Shown: one piece after another, positions 1 through 11,061 of the stretch
How positions within the stretch are numbered: position 1 is the first letter of the stretch
How the letters are laid out: each line of letters opens with the position of its first letter
From: Saccostrea echinata
Lineage: Eukaryota
DNA: 64,000 nucleotides
Reading direction: 5' to 3'
Assembly (NCBI RefSeq): GCF_033153115.1
Contig: NW_026889755.1
Location: 15,128,001-15,192,000, forward strand
The notes under the pieces: generated by a model
Seen by the model: the letters and a program-made list of their open reading frames with translations, nothing else
The model's database searches: none
Told to the model about the DNA's origin: nothing
Program-made: the position numbers and the translations under genes

Positions 1-256
1 CACGAACTTTTCGATAACCCCTCGTATGAATTGAAGAACATAAGATATAATAATCTGAAATCAATAGTAAAAATACTTTGATTTACTCTAGTGAAAACTT
101 TAATGATTTTAGTGAACTAGAATGAACCATAGATTTTTTTTGTTGCCCAGGGCGTGCTTCTTTATCAGTCGACCTGTTTTTATATTCCTATGAAGCAGCT
201 TTGATTTAGAAACATCTACATGAGAAAGAGAAAACACTTGTTTTTACCTTCAACCT

Positions 257-258
<2 letters not shown>

Positions 259-346
<88 letters not shown>
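259..346. repeat. (TA)n microsatellite
   Basis: Uninterrupted AT dinucleotide run of about 88 bp. Confidence 0.97.
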
Positions 347-348
<2 letters not shown>

Positions 349-394
349 ACGACATATTATCAAACAACAATAGTTACATATACAAATGTACTCC

Positions 395-1040
395 CATTCA
401 TATGCTTAATCGATATATACATGTACAAGTGAACTTGAAATAAAAGACACCACAGAGTCTGCCACATCTGTTTCATATTTGGATGTGTAACTGACTGTGT
501 ACGATAAAGGCCAACTAACAACTAAATTGTATGACAAACGAGATGACTTAGCTTTTCCATCAACTTTAATTATTTATCTAGTCATATTCCGCTATCACGA
601 GATATGATTTTACATTCCCAACGTATTCAATACTCAAGAGCATGCTCCGAGTACGATAATTTTTTTAACCGAGGCAGGATACTGACAGATAAGTAGATGT
701 TACAGGAATTTCAATAACATCGTTTAAAGTCAGCATTTCGTAAATTCTATGGTCGTTATAATGACCCTAATTGTTAGTAACCTATCATTGGGTCGCATTT
801 GGACTGACAAGCTTCATACCAATTGTTAAGCATGTGCTTTTATACTGAAATCAACTATTAAGTGTTTCGTCTAGCCGATCAATACATAGGGCTCACAGCG
901 GGTGTTACCGGTCAACAGGGGATGCTTACTCCTCCATGGCTCCTGATTCTCTGGAATTTCCAGGAATCCCTGTTTTATGCTCTGTTGACAGATGTGTATT
1001 GTTTATATTTTTTTTTGAGATCGATCACTGTTCGATCCGT
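395..1040 (+). mobile_element. Degenerate Penelope-like retroelement fragment (RT C-terminal part plus 3' end)
   Basis: Translates with stops and frameshifts to [38 protein letters not shown]...RLKSAFRKFYGRYND, typical of mollusc PLE-type RT thumb regions. Followed by the GC-richer tail GCGGGTGTTACCGGTCAACAGGGGATGCTTACTCCTCC. Confidence 0.7.
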
Positions 1041-1059
1041 TATTTTACCTTTTGCAGCA

Positions 1060-1924
1060 TAATCAATAGAGCCCTGTCCAACCTCCAAAACCTCTAATAT
1101 GGGCAGTGAATTTCCAAGTTTTGGAAGAGACATCCTTGCTAAGTTTAGCCATGCAATTAGTTTGTCAAGTAAAAATCAAGGGTATAGAAGAATAATTTTA
1201 AAGAATTCTTGCATTTCCTCAATATAATTCATAGACCTCCACCCTAATTCCAGAACCCCTTACCCAGAATTTCACAATATTGGAAGAGGCACCCTTCTTC
1301 ATCTAAACCATGCATTTAATTTGTTTGCTTAATACCCAGGAACAGAAAAGAAGATTTTCAAGTAAATAATACATTTTCACTATATAATCAATAGATCGCA
1401 GTCTAAACCAATCCCTGATCCAGGGAATGATGAATTTTAAAAGAGGTGCTCTTGCTCATCATAACCATGCACTTAAATTGTCCTCTAAAAATACAGCGGG
1501 AGGGAAACTTTTTTTAAAGAATGTTTGCATTTGCAGTATAAAATTAATAGGGCCCCGGCCTAATTCCAGAATACCTGACCCAGGGGTCAAGAATGTCACA
1601 AAATTTCACAATTTTGGTGGACGGCTCAGTGCTAATTACAATCAAACCAACAGTTTTAAAACTTTCTAATAATTAGGAGTAAGGAAGAATACTTTCAAAG
1701 ACTGCATTAATCCGGTATAAATCTGACTCAATGGGGGTGGGGACCAGGAAGTTAATATTTTTTGTTTCCCTTTACATGATGGCATGCTAATTTTTTTGGA
1801 TTAAATTGGCTAAGTGGTTTCCAGAGAAAAAAACTGAAAATATTCAAACATTAACACACGACGGACGACGACGGACGAAAACAGATAGCAATGGATCACT
1901 TGGGTGGCTCGAGTGACCTAAAAA
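1060..1924 (-). mobile_element. Non-autonomous Helentron/HINE-like element with degenerate ~160-bp internal repeats
   Basis: Repeated AATTT..GGAAGAG..CCTT..CATGCA units, a GACG microsatellite (1859-1878) and the terminal hairpin GATCACTTGGG...CGAGTGACCTAAAA. Confidence 0.6.
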
Positions 1925-4077
1925 GTATTTTCCTTTTAATTTAGTATTGAAAGTTAGTCCAAAAGAAAGGAACCTCTCCCCTCCTTTTCTTTATGGCTAT
2001 ATCCAGCCCCATTGGCTGAAAAACGATGATCCAATGATATGTGCATGTTATACAAAGATCGTAATATCAATGCTAAGAAACCTATAAAATGTAGTATTTA
2101 AATTATCTTTAAAAATGCGACAGAACTTAAATAAATGAACTTTTCCACAGAATTAAATTAAGCATAAACTTATTGTGCTCTACAAATACCGATCGTTTTC
2201 TTATTATTAAGCGAATATTTATTTTTTTTAAGGAAGGTGAACTGAAGATTACGCTTTTGCACTTATAAATATCGGATAATTTTCGCGTGTGTAAACTGCT
2301 TTGCATCAACTAAATAGCGGAAATCCCCACCTCGTTAACTCGAATTGGAGTTTCCAGCTTCACTTAATGGCCGTTAACTGTGATGGGCACAGCTAATGTT
2401 CGGCGGTTTACTTTGATTCCAATAATTCATGTTTTTCTTTTCGTTTTGATATTATGTTTAAAAAAGCTACACATTTTTCATTTCTCCCGGAAAAAGCTTC
2501 TCTTACTTTCAGGTTAAGCTATTTTATCTTTTTCTATGGGGGAGATTTCCCCCATTTACGTTCTTCTGTTTCTTTGAAAAAATAACATTTATTTTGAAAG
2601 TGTCTTTGTAAACAATAATTATCATAATTTTTAATTAGGTTCCAAATTAGTCCCAAATCTGATTATGGCTTAATTTGGAAATACAGAAATGCAATTAAAG
2701 ATGAAAAAATAAGTTTTCGTTGAGTACAAAGTAAATAATAGCTATTCAACAAGTGCACAGAACGTGAGCTATGGGAACTTTCTTGTTAGTTAAAAGATGA
2801 GAAAAATAAATAAATATAACCTTCCCCTCACCCCCCCCCCCCCCCCCCCACAAATAGATATATTTTTCGCGTTAAAAAAAATGTGATATTCAGTGCTAAT
2901 AAGAATTTTTCTGTATTTGTCAGTTTGATTTCCTGTTAGATGAAGAAAATTATCGATTATGTGTAAAAGACATTAAATATTCAAAAAAAAAAAAAAATCT
3001 AATCAAAGTAGTGACGTACACTGACTCAAAGAACATGTTTAATTTCTGTTCAAAATAAATATATATATGGAACTTCTGAAAGATATTTATTTTTAGTTGA
3101 AGTGATTTACCTACTATAAGTAGTATTATTCAGGTGTGGGAAATAAAAGTCATTTTAAGTATGCGGGCTTCCTAGATATGCCATGCATTAAAAACATTAT
3201 GAATGATGTAGGTAGTTTTACGATTTGAAACTTGGTGCAAAAGTATTATTATTTCAGTAATAAATATGATACATTCACAATAAAGGAGGTTCGCCAGTCA
3301 ATTTGTCTACTATTTGAAAACATCGTTGTAACGGGTATACAATAATAAAACAAGTATCCATTTCAAAGGAAATGGTCGTGAAATGTATTTACAGCTTCTT
3401 GACCGATTTATTTCAAAAGTACAAAATAACACGATATAGAAAACGTATCGGTACACCATGTGATAAATATACACGTGTAGAAGTAGACTGCACAGTCTTC
3501 CTTGCTTTATCAAACACGTAAAATAATATGAAAATTCCAGAAACCTGCACAACAAATGAAGTAGTCTGTCGTATTTATCGCCAACTTCACATAAACTTAA
3601 TAATTGAATTTGAAGATATCAATTCATGTATGCATGCAACAATTCAATTAAAGATTAGTTGAAGTATTGCCATCTTCATTTGAATTATTACGCACATTAA
3701 TTAACTGTGCGCAATTGAATTATTACCATTTTCACAATGATCATCTATTATATTTGTTATTATCTATTATATATCTATATATTTTCCCCAATGATTATCT
3801 ATTATTTACATGTATGGAATCTTATAAAACACACTTCTTGAAGAAATCAAGTCGGACTTTTCGCTATTTCTTTTTGTACGAGTTATCATTCTTAAACTTG
3901 TGCAAAAGTTTTGTTTTCCATAAATTTCTTAGGAGAGTATGGTTTAATTCAATTAATACCTTTCTCTAAAAAGTAATTATTGTGTGTTGGTATTCAATTT
4001 TTTTTTCTCTAGATGGGAGAGGGTCTAAAAAGCAGCTGCATTCCAACCCCTCACTGGAAAGCTCCTGTTCTTGAACA

Positions 4078-4390
4078 TCATGGTAGCTTAGTCGGTAGAG
4101 CACTCTCTCCCTGATCGGAAGGTAGGTCTTGGATTCGAACCTCGGCCATGACTGTCGATAAAAAATAGGTAGCAACTGTTCCTTCCCCCAAGCGCTTGGC
4201 ACTTTGAAGTGAAAGTTGCTAGTCATTTGGAGGAGACCTTATTAATAAATAAAGAACCCTCACTGCTCAATGGCCCCGAGTGCCAAGTAAAGGGCTAAAT
4301 TTGAAGCCCTTCACCGGTATATCGGTATGGTGATGTCTGTATATGAGTGAAAAATTCTTGAATTGGATGTAAAATAAAATACAATCAATC
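4078..4390 (+). mobile_element. tRNA-derived SINE (degenerate)
   Basis: A-box TAGCTTAGTCGGTAGAGC and B-box GATTCGAACC. Its 3' half (CCCTCACTGCTCAATGGCC...ATATGAGTGAAAAATTCT) is shared with the SINE at 62106-62403. Short CAAT tail. Confidence 0.8.
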
Positions 4391-5018
4391 CTGTTTCTTG
4401 CATAGTGTTCATAAATTATTCATCATTACCTCTTATATTATTGCAAGATAAACACTATATAAATGCTATCATAAATTTCATTTCATTACAGTGAAATAAA
4501 ATACTTGAACGTCCTTCTCTGAATAAATAAATGTACTGTCAAACTATTAATAAAGAAACAACAGGAAATTCTTTTTTTTTTCCCCTCGTAAAACAAATCT
4601 GAAGAAATTATTTAAGACCTTTTTAGTACAGGTTTATTTAAAAGCAATGTCAACAGTCTGCAAAACATATAACAAAAAACCATAATTGTCCAAATGATTC
4701 TACTCATGTGGTTGTTATAAATGTAACATATAACTGTATCACATTTTATTTTTTAAAAATCATAATTCTGGGGAGAAAACAATCAAGTATTATGGCAGAA
4801 AATGTTTTATCAATTCTCATCCTAGAAAAAACTACTTTAACATAGTTTTGTACTTAGAAGTAATTGACACTATTATGAATTAAAAGGCATTATAATACAT
4901 TACAATATACTAAACCTCTTCTGTAAAATGGGACACAAAACAAAATTCTAAAGATAAATTAAATACGCAACAGTCAAGCACTAACTGGAAATACATACTG
5001 GGGTTATGACCTCTGAAC

Positions 5019-8000
5019 TTATTTTGCTTTTCCTTGATTGGCTACCCTCTCCATGGCAGCCTTGACCTCTGCTTCATCAGCCAGGTAGTAGTCTTTCACA
5101 TACTTCATGTTTTCATCCATTTCAATCACCAAGGGGATTCCTAAAAACATGGAATTTGTTTAGCTTGAAGAAAAAAAAATCTTACCAAGACATTTAAAAA
5201 TAGTTTAGTACAGATTATTATACCTCTACTGATTTTTCCCTATATAAGATTAGATGTGATTTATTCCCTAGAAATCATTATGAATGGACTAATCCCCGTG
5301 CGTTAGTCAAGCGAGCTAATCCCTGCTTCGAAAGCTAATTCCCGGTTATTCGTAATCCTCTAAATATTACTTTTACATTGGTATGATATGTGAATGGACT
5401 AATCCCCCTATGTGTTAGTTCAGTGAGCTAATCCCTGCTTTGAAATCACGCTATCTGAATCCTCTAAATTTTATGTTTGCATCGGTATAATAAAACAGTT
5501 AAAAGTATATCATTGCAGGAGTTAGCAAGATTCCAGTTCCCCCCGACCAGGGCTATTTCCCTTGGCTTCGCCTCGGGAAATAGTCCTGGCCTTGGGGAAC
5601 TGGAATCTTGCTAACTCCCTCAATGATATACTTTAACTGTATACTATCAGTGTTTATATCTGAAGGGATACTCAGTTCTGGGTAAGAGAAAAACTAGTAC
5701 AAGGTATCAGTGTTTACCTGTAGGGATATTGAGTTCTGGGTAAGAGACAAAACAGTTCAATGTGTCAGAGTTTACCTGTAGGGATGTTGAGTTCTGGGAT
5801 TTCCGCATCAGGAATGTTCTTGAGGTACTTGACCAATGCTCTCAGACTGTTTCCATGAGCTGAGATTAGCACCCTTTGACCAGACTACAATATAAAACAA
5901 AAAAAAATTCTACTTATCAGAGTTCAACACTAACTTTTAAAACATACACTATAGTAGCCTGCAGGGCTAGGAATTTTAAATTCCAACTAGCCTGTTTATG
6001 AATACTTGTCCAGCAGTCAAAGGCTGATGGCCGAGTTGCAAAGCAATGAGGGGGGTAGGGGGGTAGGTGTAGGAGGGGATTCCCCTGCTGGTGGGGGTAT
6101 TAGGAGCCTCCCCCAGAAAATTTTGAAAATAAAGAAGCCAAATCCTGCATTCTGGCTGTATTTTAGGGCAAAATTACATCTTTAAATGTAAGTAAAGATA
6201 TTTTTCCTTATTGATATTTTGTAAACCACACTTTAATTCAGCATCTACATCAGTGGTTTTAGCCATCAGTGCATTAATTGTATTCTAAGTTTTTATATCA
6301 TTGGTGATAAATATTTTTGATAGGTCATCCCAAAACAATGTCTGGCAATAGAAAAGTTGACAATCTAACTTTTCTGACGACAATTCAAAAGTTATATTCC
6401 TTAAACCTTGATAACAAATTTGGAATTTTTTATTTTATGAATGAATTTTTACAATTGCTTTAAGTGAGTGTATGCAGTATCTTACATTTCAGTAACCCTG
6501 CAAGACAAGCTTGATGACTTGTTTAGCAGCCTGACCTCACTTTACAGTTGTCCTGGGTTAGCGGGCTACCGTTAGTTGCATCATCCATACTAATTTAGTG
6601 CAGGTAGGGCTTTTAGTTATATGTACTTGGGAATGGACCTGCTCCAAAAACTTTAACCTGGTCACTCATCTGGAAAATGTAGATCAGATCCAGAATCCAA
6701 AGCAAGTGTGGTAGTGTCAATCCCTTGATGCATCATTCATGCTAGTTTACACCAGGTAGGGCTTATAGTTATTTGGGAATGAACTTGCTCCACATTAACC
6801 TGACAATTCACCTGGAAAATCTAGGTCAGATTCAGCATCCAAAGCATTTGTGGAAGTGTTCATCCGTTGATGCATGAACCATGCAAGTTTGGTCCAGGTA
6901 GGGCTTAAAGTTACTTGGGAATGGACTTGCTCTAAAAACTTTAACCTGGTCACTGACTCTTCTGGAAAATCTTGGTCAGTTCCAGCATCCAAAGCAAGAG
7001 TGGTGGTGTCCATCCGTTGATGCATCATCCATGCAAGTTTGGTCCAGGTAGGTAGGGCTCATAGTTACTTGGGAGGGACTTGCTCCTAACCGGGACTAAA
7101 CTTTAACCGGGATGCTAAAGCTAACGCGAATGCCTGGGGTATAGCATAAGCTCATCTTGACTTCATCGAGGTGAACTAAAAAGAGTGTGCTAATATTTCA
7201 AGCATCTACGAAGAGTAGTTGCTGAGAATACAGCAACAGAAATTAGTTACAAACAGACAGACATGCAAGGGTAAAACAGTATACAGTAAATAGTATACCT
7301 AGAAACTACTTTTGTTTGGCTGTCTGAGTTCATTATTATGCTTATTTTGCATTGGTATGCACACTATACAAACGTAATATTACCTTAATGGTTGGAACTA
7401 TGATATCATGCCAGTATGGCAGTACTCTGGCTACTGTATCTTTTAAGCATTCACAGGCTGGGACAACTGTGGCATCATATTGCTGAAAAAAATGAATATG
7501 TAGAAATAGAATAAACAAATATTTCAAGTTATTTTGTCAAAGATAAAACTACAAATGATTAAAAAAAAATTGATTTCTTCATAAAGCTATTGTTTTATTG
7601 AAAGGTGTGATTAGAATAATCACATGTAGGGCAGGAGTGAGAGACATAAAAAGCTAGAGAAGTGGGTGGGGCTTTGGATCAAGTATGTGCATTTACAGAA
7701 TCATGTAAATATAAGTAATAACTGTCAGTTTATTTTTGTTTTATGATGATCAAGGAATTGGCTTGTGTGATGATTCTATACATGAACGCTTTTGATGCAA
7801 ATTATCACGCAAGCCAATTGCTTGATCACATCATAAAAAGATATAATAGTTATGTAATTTAGAGTTGCATTGTATAGATAGGGATAGGTGTACTTAAATG
7901 TGCATGTACTTTCTGGATGATAATCAAAACAAAACACACCACAAGCTTATATATATAAAATATCTATTTAGTTACTTACACTGAAATGCCTATCACTGTA

Positions 8001-10018
8001 CTTAAATGTTCATGCACTTTCTGGATGATAACTTAAACAAAACACAAAGCATGCTTGCTGGAAGACAACTCTAGTTCTATGAAATATCTATTATAGTAAC
8101 TTACACTGTAACGCCTATCATTAGCTGACCATCTTGGATCTGAGGGTTCCAGTGCTGGAGGTGGAGTGTCATAGGACCTACGCCAAATCTGGAAGGCAAA
8201 AAAGCTTTTAACTACACTACAAATATAATCTGCACAATCTTTCTGTTCCCAGTTCATCAATATCTTAATGGTCTTATATATCTTGTTTGTTGCATTTTAG
8301 GTAAATAGTTCTAAATTTTTTCATTTGTACATACTGCCATCAATATAGTATTTCTCTCATTTGACAATTGTATTTTAACTATGCTGTGAAAAACTTCCAT
8401 TGAAAATTGTGACAGAATATGTAGCGTTACTTAACATCACACAGAAAAAAGTACATCTACAGCAGTAATTTTTTCTCAGTGCATTCTAATAACATTGTTT
8501 CTTCCATTGCTACAATACCTTCACTTGGGCCTCCCCATATTTTTGTGCCGTCTCTGATTTGTTTAATCCCTGCAGTGCTCCGTAGTGGCGCTCATTCAGT
8601 CTCCAGTGCCTGTGGACTGGAATCCAATGAAGATCTAATTCCTCCTGAACCATATACAGTGTTTTTACGGCTCTCTTCAGAACACTGGTGAATGCTATAT
8701 CAAACTGATAACCTTTCTCTTTTAACATCTGAAATAAAGCAAAGATATGGTCAGAAATGTCAAATTTTTCTTTTGAAAAATGTGAAAATAACAAACAGTG
8801 ATCACACCATCATTCTTAAATGTCCACAAATTAGGTCCGCAGGACAATTATCATTTCAATGTTTAGAACATTCTATCTAACTTCCGAAATATGTGCCAGT
8901 ATTTAAATTCTAAAACGCCATGTACTGGCACATATTACATTTGAAAATTATATTGAGATATTGAACAGGTCCAGTACAATCAGTACATTAAACTACGTAG
9001 CTAGAATTACCTACCATAGCTTTATTTAGCTACCTCAGGTAGCTTTAATTAGCTATTTCAATGCAACTTTTCACAATTTTGCTTTTTTATTTAAAAACGA
9101 CAAAAAATCGCAAGTATATGAATACTAATATTTATAGCGAACGCAGCAAGCAGCGCGAATCGCTGCTCACACTGCGAGCTCTAATGACAATGCCTGGGCG
9201 AAGAGAAAATTCGGACTTGCACATTGATCCAAATGATTTTATTTTCCACAGTAATTTCTGGACCTAGAGACGGGTCTAATTAAATAGCAAATAATACACA
9301 AAAAAGGTGTATCTGTGCTTGCTCCAACGATCGCACTGTCAGCATATTACGTCGGTTTTTTAAAAAAGCAATCCAAAGCAGAGATAGTTTAAACATTGCT
9401 GCGTTTGATCCCTTTTAAGCAAATTGTTTGAGTAAATGTAAACAACTCTGCATTTGGTGAGGCATGGATAAGTATGATTACTTCACATTCTGCTGAATAT
9501 TTACCAATCATCATGTTAACCAGAACTGGTTTTCTTTGTTATTTCATTCAAGAAGTAACTGTTTGGTCACAAATTAACTGTTGTATATAGCCCCAAAACT
9601 TGGAGAACTTTGACTGCAATTGCGCAGAAAAAACACACTTCCAAGAGTGATTTTTTCATGCATTGTTTTTAGATGAGTTTACAGTTGAAAATTATCACTG
9701 CATCAAAGTGCAATTTTCTGCACATCCATGACATCCGAGAAAAATTCTAATTTAAGAAATAAGTTTGAATTGGTAGCTAATTAAAGCTACTTCAGGTAGG
9801 TAGGTAAAGCTATGTAGGTAATTCAAGCTACGTAGCTAAATCTAGTGTCTGTACCAGACCTGTTGAATAGAGAAAACTCGAGTTTTTACCTTTCCTGCAT
9901 TTTGTGCCTCAACAATTCCAGTCTCAGACAAGTCAGCGTCATGCCAACCACAGAAAAGATTTTTCTTATTCCACTCGCTTTCTCCGTGACGCACACAAAC
10001 TAATGTGTACTTGGCCAT
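5019..10018 (-). CDS. PGAM: 2,3-bisphosphoglycerate-dependent phosphoglycerate mutase, 6 coding exons, 250 aa
   Basis: Exons 10018-9890, 8728-8519, 8188-8105, 7482-7384, 5884-5776, 5140-5019, all GT-AG, total 753 nt. Motifs [40 protein letters not shown]. Confidence 0.97.
5215..5643. mobile_element. Hairpin-ended non-autonomous element (Crypton-like architecture)
   Basis: TTATTATACC (5215) and GGTATAATAA (5484) form an inverted pair around internal CTAATCCC repeats. Then a ~145-bp near-perfect hairpin 5495-5640 with a central GGCTTCGCC. Confidence 0.6.
5645..5798 (-). repeat. Tandem repeat of PGAM exon 5 end plus donor (~59-bp unit, 3 copies)
   Basis: On the - strand CCCAGAACTCAA(C/T)ATCCCTACAG|gtaaac recurs at about 5718, with a degenerate copy near 5660. 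Confidence 0.9.
6575..7185 (-). mobile_element. HINE-like element with about 4 tandem ~145-bp repeats
   Basis: Repeated CATCCATGCAAGTTTGGTCCAGGTAGGGCT...TTAACCTGG units. Terminal AGCTCATCTTGACTTCATCGAGGTGAACTAAAAA. Confidence 0.65.
7718..7853. repeat. Degenerate ~135-bp palindrome
   Basis: TTTTATGATGATCAAGGAATTGGCTTGTGTGAT pairs with ATCACGCAAGCCAATTGCTTGATCACATCATAAAA. Confidence 0.75.
7889..8120 (-). repeat. Tandem duplication spanning the PGAM exon 3 donor
   Basis: 7889-7995 resembles 7998-8120. TGATAGGCATTTCAGT|gtaagt is a copy of the true TGATAGGCGTTACAGT|gtaagt. Confidence 0.85.
8966..9862. mobile_element. Non-autonomous TIR DNA transposon filling most of PGAM intron 1
   Basis: ~90-bp imperfect TIRs (CAGGTC...CTACGTAGCT...AGCTTTAATTAGCTA), with TTGAA on both flanks. 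Confidence 0.75.
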
Positions 10019-10669
10019 TTTTCCTAGCCAATGGAAAATACAATATTCTTCCTTTGCCGGTTGGTGTCAACTTGACCTTGAATGCAAGTGGCCTTGAGAT
10101 TCTAATATCTAACCAACACGGGGCCCAAATCCGGATTTATGTTAAATGCGAAAAACGTAACGGTCATAGAATCCGTATAGCTAGTCTGAGGTAAAACTTT
10201 ATGGTCCAGCTTTCAATAAAATAAAATAAAATAAAATAATTTTAAAATGGTCAATAAACGTTAGTAATGTACTATATTTTTTTCCATTGGATAAAAAATC
10301 CATGAGGATACAGTATTAAGCTGAAGAATTTTAATTTATATCTCATTTACAGAAGTGCAAATTCATTTTTACAGTGAAGTATACTATATTCTAGCCTGAT
10401 AAAAAGAAAATAGGAAAAGAAGAGATGAGGTAGAGGAAATTCTCTTTTAATTACTAGTCAAGGTTTAGGTAGAAAACCTTGCCTTTGCTAGTCAATTTTA
10501 TTTAGCTGAATCAATATAGTGTTTTATTACAAATGTTAAAAAGTTTTAACACTATAAATTCACTTGGATATATTAAAATCGGCTAAGCCTGCTACATGTA
10601 CCTTCATTGGTTAGACATTTTCCTCTCCCTTCTCAAGGCACACACATATATATTCCCTATTCATGAATT

Positions 10670-10759
10670 CAATCTAATTAAAATTAGATCTTCAATCTGC
10701 TCCAACTAGATCGCTACACAAAGTTGGAGCGGATCAAAGATCTAATTTTAATTAGATTG
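10670..10759. mobile_element. 90-bp hairpin MITE
   Basis: CAATCTAATTAAAATTAGATCTT...AAGATCTAATTTTAATTAGATTG. Flanks TCATGAATT/TCACAAATT may be a degenerate 9-bp TSD. The same left end occurs at 47878. Confidence 0.8.
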
Positions 10760-11061
10760 TCACAAATTTGTATTGTTTGTAGTTTGTTTTTGCTTTTTAA
10801 GATTGATTTCTGTTTGTTATCTTCACCTTTTAAATACAATTAATGAAACTCACAATTAATCCCTCGTCTATATAGTGAATTTGAAGTCCTTACCCTGATT
10901 AACAAATTCTGGAGTTATCCTGTCAAACAACAAATGTATAAACAGACAAACTGACACACAGCATCTCACACAGACAGTGAAATATGCTGCTGTAAAACAT
11001 CAATATTCTGAAGAGGAGTCTTAAATAAGGAACAAGACACAACAGTAAGGTATAACAGTTT

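Noticed and set aside
220-432. 70-aa ORF with IY repeats
   Set aside because: It is the translation of a (TA)n microsatellite.
1950-3960. Possible additional gene at the left end
   Set aside because: I found no recognisable coding motifs or consistent exon chain.
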